DNA of 64,000 bases from Callorhinchus milii (taxonomy: Eukaryota): contig NW_024704742.1 of NCBI RefSeq assembly GCF_018977255.1, positions 21,640,001-21,704,000 on the forward strand, read 5' to 3'. The notes beneath the pieces were generated by a model. The model searched no databases and had not been told where the DNA came from. It saw nothing but the letters and a program-made list of their open reading frames with translations. The position numbers and the translations under genes were made by a program. Positions 11,467 through 24,442 of this stretch are shown here, piece by piece; the first letter of the stretch is position 1; every line of letters begins with the position of its first letter.

Positions 11467-13140
11467 GTTACTGATGTGTGTGTGTGTTACTGATGTGTGT
11501 GTTACTGATGTGTATGTGTGAGTTACTAATGTGTGTGTGTGAGTTACTAATGTGTATGTGTGTGAGTTACGAATGTGTGTGTGTGAGTTACTGATGTGTG
11601 TGTGTGTTACTGATGTGTGTGTTACCGATGTGTGTTACTGATGTGTGTGTTACTGATGTGTGTGTTACCGATGTGTGTGTTACTGATGTGTGTGTTACTG
11701 ATGTGTGTGTTACTGATGTGTGTGTTACTGATGTGTGTGTTACCGATGTGTGTGTTACTGATGTGTGTGTTACCGATGTGTGTGTTACTGATGTGTGTGT
11801 TATTGATGTGTGTGTTACTGATGTGTGTGTGTGTTATTGATGTGTGTGTTACTGATGTGTGAGTTACTGATGTGTATGTGTGAGTTACTAATGTGTGTGT
11901 GTGTGAGTTATTGATGTTTGTATGTGAGTTACTAATGTGTGTGTGTGAGTTACTGATGTGTATGTGTGAGTTATTGATGTATGTGTGTGAGTTACTGATG
12001 TGTATGTGTGTGAGTTACGAATGTGTGTGTGTGAGTTACTGATGTGTGTGTGTGTTAACTGATGTTTGTGTGTGTTACTGATGTGTGTGTGTGTGAGTTA
12101 TTGATGTTTGTATGTGAGTTACTAATGTGTGTGTGTGAGTTACTGATGTGTATGTGTGTGAGTTACGAATGTGTGTGTGTGAGTTATTAATGTGTGTGTG
12201 TGAGTTACTGATGTGTGTGTGTGTTACTGATGTGTGTGTGTGTTACTGATGTGTGTGTGTGTTACTGATGTGTGTGTGTGTTACTGATGTATGTGTGTGA
12301 GTTACTGATGTGTATGTGTGAGTTACTGATGTTTGTGTGTGAGTTACTGATGTGTATGTGTGTGAGTTACTGATGTGTATGTGTGTGAGTTTCTAATGTG
12401 TGTGTGTGTTACTGATGTGCGTGTTACTGATGCGTGTGTGTGTGTGTGTTACTGATGTGTGTATGTGTGAGATACTGATGTTTGTGTGTGAGTTACGGAT
12501 GTGTATGTGTGTTACTGATGTATGTATGTGTGTGAGTTGCTGATGTGTGTGTGAGTGAGTTACTGATGTGTGTGTAAGTTACGTGTGTGAGTTGCTGATG
12601 TGTGTGTGTGAGTTGCTGATGTGTGTGTGTGTGTTACTGATATGTGTATGTGTGGGTGAGTTACTGATGTGTGTGTGTGTATTACTGATGTGTGTGTGTG
12701 TTACTGATGTGTGTGTGTTACTGATGTGTGTATGTGTGGGTGAGTTACTGATGTGTGTGTGTGTTACTGATGTGTGTGTGTGTTACTGATGTGTGTATGT
12801 GTGTGAGTTGCTGATGTGTGTGTGATTGAGTTACTTATGTGTGTGAGTTACGTGTGTGAGTTACTGATGTGTGTGTGTGTTACTGATGTGTGTGTGTGAG
12901 TTACTGATGTGTGTGTGTGTATTACTGATGTGTGTGTGTATTACTGATGCATGTGTGTGTGTGTGTTACTGATGTGTGTGTGTGAGTTACTGATGTGTGT
13001 GTGTATTACTGATGTGTGTGTGTGTGTTACTGATGTGTGTATGTGTGTGTGAGTTACTGATGTGTGTATGTTACTGATGTGTGTATGTATGTGAGTTACT
13101 GACGTGTGTGTGTGTGAGTTACTGATGTGTATGTGTGAGA
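11467..13140. repeat. (GT)n-GAGTTACTGAT minisatellite at the start of intron 1
   Basis: ~1.7 kb of gtgtgt(ga)gttactgat/gttactaat units. Confidence 0.95.
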
Positions 13141-13282
13141 GAGAGAGAGAGACAGAGATGTAACGTGTGTTAGGCTGCACTTGATTCATTTGTGATACTG
13201 AGCACAGACTAACTAACAGCTTCAGTTACCATGGTTATAGCTGGCATTTATGTGAGTGCCAGTGTGTTTATCAAGATTCGTT

Positions 13283-13337
13283 TGTGTGTGTGTGTGTGTG
13301 TGTGTTAAAAATAAAACTGTCCAGTGCTTACTGCCTC

Positions 13338-13370
<33 letters not shown>

Positions 13371-13556
13371 ATGTGAGGGAGGGGAGGGTTCGTAATCCTG
13401 CAGATTGATTGAAATTAAAAGTCAGGGCATGTGTAATGTGTGTTGAGGTGTGTGTGTGTGTGTCTGTGTGTGGGGGTGGGAGGGGTGGTGGTGGTGGTGA
13501 TGGTGAGTGTAAAGAGAGACAGACATAGACACACAGAGAGAGAGAGAGAGAGAGAG
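13283..13556. repeat. (GT)n, (GGT)n and (GA)n microsatellites
   Basis: Several short tracts. Confidence 0.85.
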
Positions 13557-16434
13557 TAGATTCAGGTGTCTTTTTTGTTTCCATTAAGAACTCCCACCAG
13601 TTGCCACACTGTAGCTGTGAAGGTCCCACTGAGGGATGCTTCAAAACTCGTGTTTCAGTGTTGCTGGCTCAAGCATAAAAAGAAATAGCCAGACTGAATC
13701 GAATTTTTATGCTGGGTTCACGGTAGATTTCACTCTTATTCTCATGTAAACAGCTTCCACGAATCAACATATGCGTCTGGGTGGTATCTTTCACTTTGTT
13801 TTGTGACAAAAAGCCATATTGCATCATTTAATTTGCTCAAGTCATGCAAATAGAAAAAATCAATAGGACAAAAAGGGGTCGACTTATCCTCCTCCCCACT
13901 AAACTGCTGCCCACACACAGAGTCCTGTTGCTTGTGGCAAAAGAATAACAACAACACCATTGTGTTTGTTAGTTGGTTCACTAATGGGTGAAACTGGAGA
14001 ACATCATTCTCCCTTCAGTCCGCGCTCTGTCCAAATGTCCATGCCTTTTGAGTGAGCATTTGTCCTGCTATTTCTATTCCCAGATGAGCGAGAGAACGCT
14101 TTGCTGCAGGTTTTTCAGCTGCAAGTCACCCTCTTCTTTTTTTATTCCTACCATGTGCGACAATATTTGAGTCTGGGGGCAGCGATGTGCCCTTTCGGGT
14201 GGAGATTGCCACAGACATTCAGCAGTTCTCTCTTTTTTTTTAGCAGGTTAGCTGTGGACAAACAGAGCAGCCACTGCATCTGATGATTTTTTTTTTTGCT
14301 TTTTGCTTTTGGCCAGAGAGTATCAAAACCCTTCTTTGATCACCTAACCGAGGGGGTGCCCTTTTTTAAACAATCCTCGTCGATGGGGGTCTGCAACTTT
14401 TTTTTCCCCCACCTTTGTCGTGACAACTGTTTTGGAGGGGGGTAGTTTGCATCAGTAAAAAGCTCCTTTGCTTTTCCTTTGCTCCTTGCACACATGGCTG
14501 TGTGCAAGGAGCAAAGTGTGGTGTTGGAAAATCATCCTGTTCTGCAGTTCCAACACTGGTGCTTTTTCCACCCTGGTTGATTTCAGAGCCAAGTTTGCCC
14601 AGCAGTTAGTTGGTGACAAGGGATTGTTATCAAGTGTGTTCTTTACACTCTCTAATCTGTTTGCTCTTGCCTTTTCACTGACAACAGCCTTTTGTCACAC
14701 AAATCTGATCGAGCAACAAATGTGTCCAGCGTTAATCCTGACACCCCCTCGTGAAATGACTCAAATTATTAAATCTTATTTCTGTGTGGAGTGAACCCAG
14801 ATTTGCATCACTCGACAGCAGCACTAAGCATTCCTAAGCATGTTACAATAACGTCTGAATATTTGGTAGATTTCAATCTTTTTTTGTTTAATCGTGTTTA
14901 ATTTAATTGTTTAATTTAATGACTGTTTCATCTTGGGGTCGAGGTTTCATCCCTTACTTACCGGGGGGGAAAAAAAAAGCAATGAGACCACAATACTGGC
15001 TTTAACGTTAACTTTGCCATCTAATATTTTGCAAGCAAAGAAAAGTGGTTGAGCCCCCAACTGGTCCATTATACCAACACAACGCTGCAAGTTCAGCCAG
15101 AAGGACTGACTGGACTGTATGTCCAATTGGTTTGGGCAGGTTCTCAGTTCGTTGATATGAATGGTTCCACCCAAATTTTAAACAAGACCAATTAAAAATG
15201 ATTTTTTAAAAAAAATCTTTACTTATTTTAAACTCAAGTAAACAGAAGTGTGCGTCTCAGAACATTTGCACAGGAGTGTAAGTCAAGTACAACAACAACA
15301 ACTTGCATTTACTTAGCGCTGTTTACGCGGGCCGGTGTCTCGGAGCGCTTAAAGTGAGGAATTAAGGAACTATAGAGTTTGGGGAACAGGCCTATCGACT
15401 TGAGTTCAGCAAGATTCTTTAACTGTATATTCATACAGCAAAAGCTAGAAACCTCTGATAACATTTATTAACACATCTGGTCGATAATTTATAACCCTTG
15501 ACACTTACACTCCTGTGCAAATGCTCTGAGAAGAAGCACACTTTGTGTTTGGGGAAAAAAAAGTGAAGATTTTTTGGTTAATCTGAATTGAATTTGTTTA
15601 AAATTTGATGGATCCCTTCTTTATTCCATTAAAATAAAACTTTCATGTGTTTTGGGGAGGGGTGGACTCATTATTTCCGTGCAGGACATCTTTCAAATGT
15701 GCATGCCATTGTTGGAGATGGGGCGTGTAGAATGGTCCAAAATCCTTGTGACTACTATTGATAGAACTGTTAGTTTGCAAACAAAACCAATGATTGGGTG
15801 GGGTGGGATGGTGGGGAGTTGGGTAGGAAGGGGTAGAATATAGTGAAGAATCTCAGGATATCAATATTTCCTCTCTATTCTGCTTGACACTCCATCTAGT
15901 GGCCTTCCCCTGAACTGGCAAACACTGTGCCACACTTTGAATGGCAGATGAGCCAGAGGTACCTTCTGGTCAGATGCCAAAGGCTAAAGGGTATTCCCGT
16001 AAGAAACTGTGCATGAGGAGATCGCATAGGACCAGAAGAAGACAGATTGTGTTTCGCTTGGAAACAAAAGACTACATATCTTGGAACATAACAGTGCAAG
16101 GCCTGTCACATAAAGTACGGAAATAGCATTAAGACTGTCATACTATACCCTTCTACAACATGCTCTGTTGCTCACCTCAGACTAATGATTCAACCATAAC
16201 CGCTGACTGAGAACTCTCCTCATTGCTTTGCAGTGTAGACTGGAAAGCATAAACCAGAACCCTACTGTTCTTCAGCAATAACTTTAAAAATCAAAGCCAC
16301 ACCTTAGCACTGATCACACCTCCCTCTACTTCACCAAATCCAAGAGCTCCCTTTCCACCATGATTTAACCTAAAGTCTTGAAGCATTAGAAAAACTCTGA
16401 TAGCTAAAGCCACTTCCCAGCTATACAACCGTCT

Positions 16435-16750
16435 TCTGTTGTGAGTTACCTAAACTCAGCCAGACTGGTATTGAATTAGGAGAAGGAGGAGATAGGACTT
16501 CAATTTTTCTATTGCTCTTGAGCTCCTGCTTTGTTTCTGTTTGCTATCCAGTGAACCCCTTGCTGCAAAGTAAAGTATTGACATTGGTTGAGAACTGAAC
16601 TAGATTTGGCTAATGATGTTCACAGGATGATTGACATTCTCAGTGTGCAGACTGAAACCTAAAGAATGACTGGTTTGGTGAGGTAATGGAGAGCAACCTG
16701 CAATAGAACTGTATCCCAGCATGTGTCAGACCATTAAGAAGAGAAGAGAA
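16435..16750 (+). mobile_element. Old SINE of a third family (name not assigned)
   Basis: Collinear similarity to the reverse complement of 42650-43025 (ctatcca.tga.cccc, tgg.tgaga, gacattct, cccag.atg). Confidence 0.6.
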
Positions 16751-16820
16751 ATTTACTTTAAAGTAAAATAATATATTGCTGCCCTCAAGATCAGATCAGA
16801 ATATCCTTACATTGGCTACC

Positions 16821-16857
16821 AACCACAGTTGTGGTTTCACTGTATCATCAAACCACA
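16821..16857. promoter_or_regulatory. Three RUNX consensus sites
   Basis: AACCACA 16821-16827, TGTGGTT 16830-16836, AACCACA 16851-16857. Confidence 0.45.
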
Positions 16858-16902
16858 ACCATTAAATAAAGCCAAGCTCCAATCTTTATCTCTGGTTATC
16901 TA

Positions 16903-16911
16903 GACCACCCA
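16903..16911 (+). promoter_or_regulatory. Consensus GLI binding site GACCACCCA (intron 1)
   Basis: Exact 9/9 match; HHIP is an established Hedgehog/GLI target; function here untested. Confidence 0.5.
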
Positions 16912-17641
16912 TACACCAATCATGCAGTACTTTCCTTCATAACCCACCTGTTCTATGCTAAATCAGTATTCGTGGAATCATAGTAGAGAGCACAAGCAAT
17001 TAATGAGCATGAAAATGAATATGTATCACTATCAAGCAATCTGCTTTATACAAAGGTTATATTGCCTTTGGTCACTTTGGGAATTCTCGATTGCTATCAC
17101 TTCAAACTTTAACTCACTCACCAGATCTATGTCTTTGATCTAACGTATCTATGACATGCTAGTCTCTAAAGTACCACATTTTCCATCAGATCTTTGAAGA
17201 TGGATTGAAAAGAAAACTTATTTTAAAATAATCCCCATATGATAGACCTCAATTGATGATAAAAACATCAAATTAAAAGAGAACATTTCACAGCAGAATC
17301 TGTGAGCTAGTTTCAGTTAATGACAGAGAAGTACTGCAAATTCTATTCTTTACAGATTAAAGGAAAGCAGGAATTGACAATGCTTTGTCATAATTATACA
17401 CTTGAAACTGAAAGGATATGCAGTAAACTCCTGGTAGCAAGACCCTGGCTGAACTTGTCACTACCACTTAAGTAGCAATACGGTCAATATCCTGACCTCA
17501 ACCCATACAAAATATTAACAAGGGGCCCTGCTTTACTTGTCACTCTACTGAACACATAACCAGTTACATTTTACAAGTGCTCCGGGATGATACCTCGAGT
17601 AAATGCAATTTGTTGTTGTAGAAATTCTCAGAATTACACTC

Positions 17642-17951
17642 AATAATAATAATAATAATCCTTGCATTTGATATAGCGCTTTTCACGTCGGGAGGACGTC
17701 CCAAAGCGCTTCACAGAACACACTGTAAAGTGAATTGACTGTATATGTGTGGGCGAACGCGGCAGCCAATTGCGCACAGCAATGTCCCACAAACAGTCGT
17801 AGATTGAAGATGACCAATTTATTATTGTTTTTGGTTTTGGAGGGATTATTATTAGGTGTGTGGAGTAAGGAAACAAGTTGCCCTCTGCCGGGAATTGAAC
17901 TCAGGTCTCTTGCTTGCAAACCGAGTGCTCTAACCACTGAGCTACAGGACT
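17642..17951 (-). mobile_element. Young tRNA-Ala-headed CORE-like SINE
   Basis: Nearly identical to the reverse complement of 48203-48530. Confidence 0.9.
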
Positions 17952-18482
17952 TTACATTTTACAATGTAAAATTCATCAGATAACCCTCCATGACCCGAGG
18001 CGAACATACATCTCCTGATAAGGGCACAGTTTCCAATACAGTAACAGAAAAACGCAATATGAAACAGAAAATAGATGCATTTCTAGACACATATGGCTGT
18101 ACATAAACTTATACTGTACTTAAATGAGTTTTAACAGATAAACTAACAGTCACGTGGGACGGGGATGCTCCATCACACTCATAGCTCCTTGCTCTGCACA
18201 GGCGCAGTGTGTTGGTTCATATAGTACATGCTCACAGCGCCTCCTTGTGGCCCCGGAGGACCTCTGATTAATTTGCCACTCTGGATAACTTGTCGCTGGC
18301 CTTGGAGTGACGAATTATTCAGAGTTTACTGAGGTAAATTTGATCAGGGAACTTGCCTTTTTAAAAATAATAATAATAATAATATCCTGCTAACCTAAGA
18401 TTCATATCAGCACACTTTGCCTCATCTGTTAACATCAATAGAAATAAACTGTGATCTAGAATAGTCAATCTAACATCATCAC

Positions 18483-18918
18483 GTTAGCCAGGCTCAGTGG
18501 TAGCATTCTCGTTTCTGAGTCAGAAGATTGTGGGTTCAAGTTCCATGTCAGGACTTGGAATCACATAGTCTAAGATGACAAGCCAATACAGTGCTGAGGT
18601 GGGTGTTGCATTGCCTGAGGTACCGTCCTTCGAATGAAATGTTAAACTTGGGACCTGTCTGGCTGTTCAAGACGATAAAGATCCCATGGCACTGTTTGAA
18701 AAGAGAGGGGAGTTTCTCCCGATGTCCTGGCTAACAAATCCCTCAAATAAAATTGGTCGTCCAATCCATGGCTGTTTATGGGATATTGCTGTGTGCAACT
18801 GGCTGTGTCATTTCGCCTGCAAAATACAGTCGACCCACTTTACAGAATATCCTGTGAAGTGCTTTGAGATGTCTCAACAACATGATAAGGAGCTCTATCA
18901 AATGCAAGGATTATTATG
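18483..18918 (+). mobile_element. Full-length Deu-domain SINE
   Basis: ggctcagtggtagc...tctgagtcagaagattgtgggttcaag head, Deu body, atcaaatgcaaggattatt tail. Confidence 0.85.
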
Positions 18919-21900
18919 TTTTTCTTATTATTTTACACTTGAAATGGAAATGAGCTCCACATCAAACCACCTTTTGTACTGCATAACAATGAACTCTGAA
19001 ATCTCTACACATCTAATTGGTCCTGACCGTAAAAAAAACCTAGGGATAGGATTCATCTGAGCGTCAACACAGAGTTGGTACTATGTAAACCATTAACCGA
19101 TTTCTTGCCAAAATAGCTAACCGAGCAGCTTTCTGTTTAATGTAGTGTTATCACCGAGCTGTGGACAGGAATGACACACTAAATTTGGCAAGGTTAGTTT
19201 TGCCACAGAGTAGCCTGTAAGCTCCACATCCTACAACGACTATGAATTCAATTAACAATGTTTGTGTTTGTCTCTGAATGGACAAGATGAGGCAGTTGAC
19301 TCATTCTTTCTTGCAAGACAATAAACAAATTGCAGCAGGTGAGTAAACGTAAGAGAGAAAGCAACGGAAACAGGGATAGAAGCTTCAGGCGAAGCTAGTC
19401 AGTGCATGTCAACTAACCTGGACTGACCAGCAGGAACCTTTCTGGGGGAGAAGTGATACTCATTGGCTCACCTGAGCATCCCAATAAGAGAATGTCTGGC
19501 ACCAAGAGAGATCTCAGCTAACCACTACAGAGCAATTAGCCATGCCACGGCCAAAGATTGGTATTTATACGGCGACCTTCACCCGGGCCAGCATCTCAGA
19601 AGACTTAAACTACTATCACGAAAAGTAAGGCTGGTTTGGAGGATTGCTTCCCTCAAACGTAGACTGCAAATGGAGAAGCCCAACAGAATTCAGAGTTCCT
19701 AGCACGTGTTTGAACTTGGAACAAACAAAGCCAGCAAAAAGCAAGGAGTTCATCATACAATTTAGCCCACGATTCGGTCACTTCTATTGTAGGCAGGAAA
19801 GGTCTGTGGCAATGCTTCATTCGGATGGTATTCTTTTCACCCAGCAATTACACAGAAATAACACAAAATAACCCCCAAACTCCACTGGGGGGGGGGGCAC
19901 GTCTTCTCTCAAGCGTTCCCTTGCCCAGGAGGAATATTCTGTGAAATATTAAATCAGACACCCACATAATTTATAATTGTTTAAAGTTCATTTCAGGTGA
20001 CTTAGTTGCAAGCTTGTTTGTTGTATTTGGATCTAGTGTTTTATTTTGTTTGCTGGCAATTCCTTTCCAAGTATGCCTGTGAAGACCTACTTCACCACTC
20101 CCCCCTTCCCCCACCCCCACCCCCATTGAGAATAATAGGAGCAGGTGTACAGCCGTCACAAGAAGATGTGGCCTGAATCAATAGATCCTTTGCTTTCACT
20201 GCTTGCAAAGGCAGAAATAGACATGGCATCTCATGGAAGCGGATAATGACTTTATGAGAATATGAGTTCTGATGAAGAACTTATGCAACTTAAAAGCTTA
20301 ATTTTCATTGCAGCGCTGTGGCACTCGGTTGCAGCACTGATTTCCAAACCAGATAGTCGTGGCTTTGAGCTGCCTCAGCTGCCTGTCATCCTAATCCACA
20401 GCTCGGCAGAGATTGGTAAACCCTCAGATAAGAGCTACGAGCTCCAAAAGAGGAAAGAAAAAACTGACATCACCCATCTCATCCCACCAAAACCCCTTTG
20501 GCTCACAAGTGACATGAAACAGTGTGAGTGGAAGCTCTGGAGCAGCATTGCTTTTCGTGGTAGTGGTTTAAGCATTATGAGACACTGCCTCGGGTGAAGG
20601 TCGCTATATAAATACCAGTGGTCGTTATGCTCCCACTGTTGTTCAAAGAGAGAATGAGAGAATCCATGGTGGAGGAATGAGTAATGCCCGAAGATAGACC
20701 CCTTCACTAAACATTTGCTGAAATCGTTGGCGAATTTCAGTTTGATCTTTCTTGTGGCTCGAAACCTAGTGATTGCAGCATCGATTTCCCAAACCAGATG
20801 GTGGTGTGGGTTCGAGTGGTCGAATCCACCTGCTGCAGTTTCTGTATTTTATTCATTCCGCGCAAAGAAAAAAAAACTGAGTGGGAAGGAAAAAGTTGAG
20901 AGTGTCTTTGTTGGCACTACAGAAATCTGCTGATCACAGAGCCGCATTTGGCAGTATTCATGGAAAAGTATACAGTCTGAACTCTCAATTGAAAGAGGGT
21001 GGATTGATGCAAAACGCTTCTTGGGAAGGAATAAAAGTGGGTACAGTTCATTTGAAACGATAATGTTTTGCAGCTTCAAAATTGTCAAAATTTCTCTTTA
21101 TCCTCACACAAAAAAAAACACACGTTGTTGTTTGACAGGTTATTTTCCCGCATGCATTGTGGTCTTGTGGGGAGGAGGAAGAACATTCATCGGATGGGTT
21201 GAAATCAGTGGTGTGCAGTTTAAAACTTGTGTTGTGCACCCAAAAGCTGAATGTTGTGTTTTTCGGTTTAAAAAAAAAAGCTCTTGATGTTTTTAATTCG
21301 TTTGACTGTATCATTATTATAAATGCACATATGTTTAACAGGCCAGGCAGGTCACCCAAAGAAAAATAACGTCAAAAGTTTAACCTAACTCATTTCTAGA
21401 TGAGTGTTGAGATGCACTCTTTGTTTCTTTGTGCTTCTTCACATAATCTATCTGTACTTCTTTCTACGACAGATGCGTGGAGCCAAGTCATTGCATACTT
21501 GTATTGCCCTGTGCCCATTGTTTCCAGTGGGAGAGAACATCAGGGGTGTGTTATAATGATGGCTCTATCTATCTCCACATGGATATGTGGACCCTGCAGA
21601 CCTCACACAGAGCAAAATGTTAACGTCCCACTGTGCAGCAACAGTACTGAGTAAATAAAGAGCAAATATTGTACTTCATTTCAGATCATTTATATAATCC
21701 TAATCTTTTGCTTGTTGTTTTTTTAGGTGATCAGCTACATTTTGAAATAGGGAAAGTGATTGTAAATGATTCGAATCCTTAGCAAATGTGTCTCTATAAA
21801 TACCTTTACAGTACATATATCTTCTGGCATAGGATAGCTAGCTGAGCAGACTGCTGGCACGAAATATTTAGATCGATTTCTTTTCTTTTCAAACTATATA

Positions 21901-23141
21901 AATCACTTAGGTGAAAAAAAATCAGTGCAGTGTCTTTTTGAAAATGTTTTACAATCAACTTCAGCCGCTGACGCACAGAGCGATTGGATTTTGATTTATG
22001 GTGAACAATTGATCCTCAAACAAGTTGTTGCGAGGATAGAAATGCATTAGATGTTTTCAAGAATCAGCATTTTATTTTGGATCGTGTTATAAAGAACGAT
22101 CTCCAAGGTGCAGTCTGGGTCCCTGTAGTGATTGTAATAGTGGATGATGCTCTTCCAAATGGCATTTTAAACAGGTTCAGACTAAAATATGCTGCTTCAA
22201 ACTGTGCGGAACAATTGAAGCATTTACACGGTAAGAAAGTGAATTATTTCACACACCATCCAACAGAAAACAAGCCCCCAAATATGTGGTGTGTAAAGAT
22301 GGCAATTCCTTTTCCTATGACAACCCAGTGCCATTCGGCTTACGGTGTTTCCCGTAAGCATTCAATTCTGTTCTAGATTATGTCAAACAACTTGGTTTAA
22401 TTCAACTGTGCTATCTCATGTTTTACAGTCACTCTACTGTACAGTAAGGTAGGGGGAGACAGTGAAAACTACTTTTCAAAGCTGGAAAAATAGATCCATC
22501 AGCCATGAAGGAAAAGAATGTTATTAAATGTTTTTGGGGTAGTTTTGGTGTATTTATAAACAAAGGCAAGCAATCTGCCAACAGTTCCCCAGCAATTTAA
22601 TTTTGCTGCAGTAAATATTTTTCTGATGAGAGTTACTTGAGGAAATTTGTAGTCATATGGAGCTAAATGTTGTATTTTATGAGCATTATTTCTTTTAAAG
22701 TTTTATAATTGGAGACCAAGAGGGCATCAGCAGAACTCCCACTGAGAATTCCTACAGTGGGGGTTTTGGGAGCAGAATTGTAACATAATGGAAAACATAC
22801 TTATTGTTTTGGTCTGAGCAAAGCTTTTCGAATGTGCTGAGACATTTGGAATTTCTGACTTAATACTCCTTACTGTTTTCTTAATATAAAATATGTGTGT
22901 TCGTCTCATATCCCTATTTTTGCTTGAAAAAGAAACAGAGAAATTGTTTTTGATGTTAGAATTTAAAAAGCGCTGCTTCACCTGCATTTCCAGATTCAGA
23001 AAGAAAGAATTTAAGATAAAACAAAACTGTGTATAACAGATGATTTGCTCTGAGCATGTAACATGTGTATATATATATATATATATACGCGTGTGTTTTT
23101 GTTCTGCTTTTGCTTACTTGTTTCTGCTGTTTGATTTCCAG

Positions 23142-23337
23142 ATATTTTCTGTTACAAACAACACAGAATGTGCAAAGCTGCTGGAGGAAATCAACTGCGC
23201 CCAGTGTTCGCCACATGCTCAGAATTTATTTCATCTACCTGACCTGGAAGGAACATTGGACAGTGAGCTCGTTCTTCCCTTGTTGTGCAGAGATTATTGC
23301 AAACAGCTCTACTTTGCCTGCAGAGGCCACATAGCAG
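23142..23337 (+). CDS. HHIP: HHIP coding exon 2 (Frizzled/folate-receptor-like CRD)
   Basis: ttccag|ATA TTT TCT; IFSVTNNTECAKLLEEINCAQCSPHAQNLFH...LPLLCRDYCKQLYFACRGHIA; donor CAG|GTAAC; 196 nt. Confidence 0.97.
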
Positions 23338-24028
23338 GTAACAAAGACGACGGGACGTTTGAATGAAGCCCATGAAATTATATAAAACCTTCATCTCTCG
23401 TTCTTTTTTTTAATGCCAGATGAAGCAATGTGGGGGGTATCCACAGTTGGAGCTGCAATCCTCTGGTGTGTTTATTGCTGTGAAAAGGAGGTGGTCGTTG
23501 GTACCATTAAGTAAAACGAATGCTGACTGGAAAGTCATTGCTTCAGTCCTCCTGGCAGATGCTGCTGCCATCCTGTTTACAGTGGTAGTAACATTCAGAA
23601 AAGGCTGCTGCCACCCCACCGTGTCTCTTTTCACAACTGAAGCAGCTTTAATAATACAGTACTGTCGCCGTTGTAGTGGCTGAAGTAAGCCCTTTTCATT
23701 CGGTGCTCCAATAAATTCAAGACACCAGATGCACAGTATTTCCCTCTCGGTCTCACCCTGTGGTGGTGCCTTGTAGTTCTAATGATATCTTGCATTTAAA
23801 TTCAGTGCATGCTTTTTTTTTAAGAAAAGGGAGGCCTCTTCTTAAGGAGAATTCTTCATTTCCTTTGGTGTGGTTTCACAGGTTTTGTAGTAAACGAAAA
23901 TATTATTATTTTATCCACAAACTACTGATATCTCCTCCTCCCCCTCCTCCCGCAACCAGCCTTCCAAACGCTCCCTGTTTTACAGCTGGGTTTTGCTCTT
24001 TATCACATTCCCTGCAGACTGAAAGGGG

Positions 24029-24068
24029 TTGGGGGGGGGGGGGGTGGGGGGGGGGGGGGTGGGAGGGC
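24029..24068 (+). repeat. Poly-G tract (G-quadruplex potential)
   Basis: gggggggggggggtgggggggggggggtgggaggg. Confidence 0.85.
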
Positions 24069-24442
24069 TGCATTTGCCAAGTCTGCTTGCTAAGCAGTCA
24101 TAACAGATTAGATTTTGCTGGATATTATGCACAAACAATAAAAGCATTGGGGAATTTTTGTACACTTTTCCCACTCAAAAAAATTAACTAATCCCTGACC
24201 TGGGTGACCTTTCTCTCATTTTTTTGTGTGTGTGTGTGACTTGCTACTTAACTTTTAAAAATCGCAGTCGAACTGAGTAAAAGAGTTAATTGGAGAGTCT
24301 TGAGCAGCACAGGAGCTGGTGCCACAGAAACCTTTCTCCCCAGATCAACATATGTGGTGACGAATGACAAATTTATTTTCCTACAAAGTTTGTGTATATG
24401 TAAAACTGCTGAAGTGCATCAAGATGTCAAGTGCTTTTGGGT

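Noticed and set aside
20269..20300. Second hammerhead-like CTGATGA motif
   Set aside because: GAAA core absent (TAAAA) and stem II does not pair convincingly
22732..22768. Short hairpin aactcccactg/cagtgggggtt
   Set aside because: An 11-13-bp stem with G-U pairs is expected by chance in 64 kb
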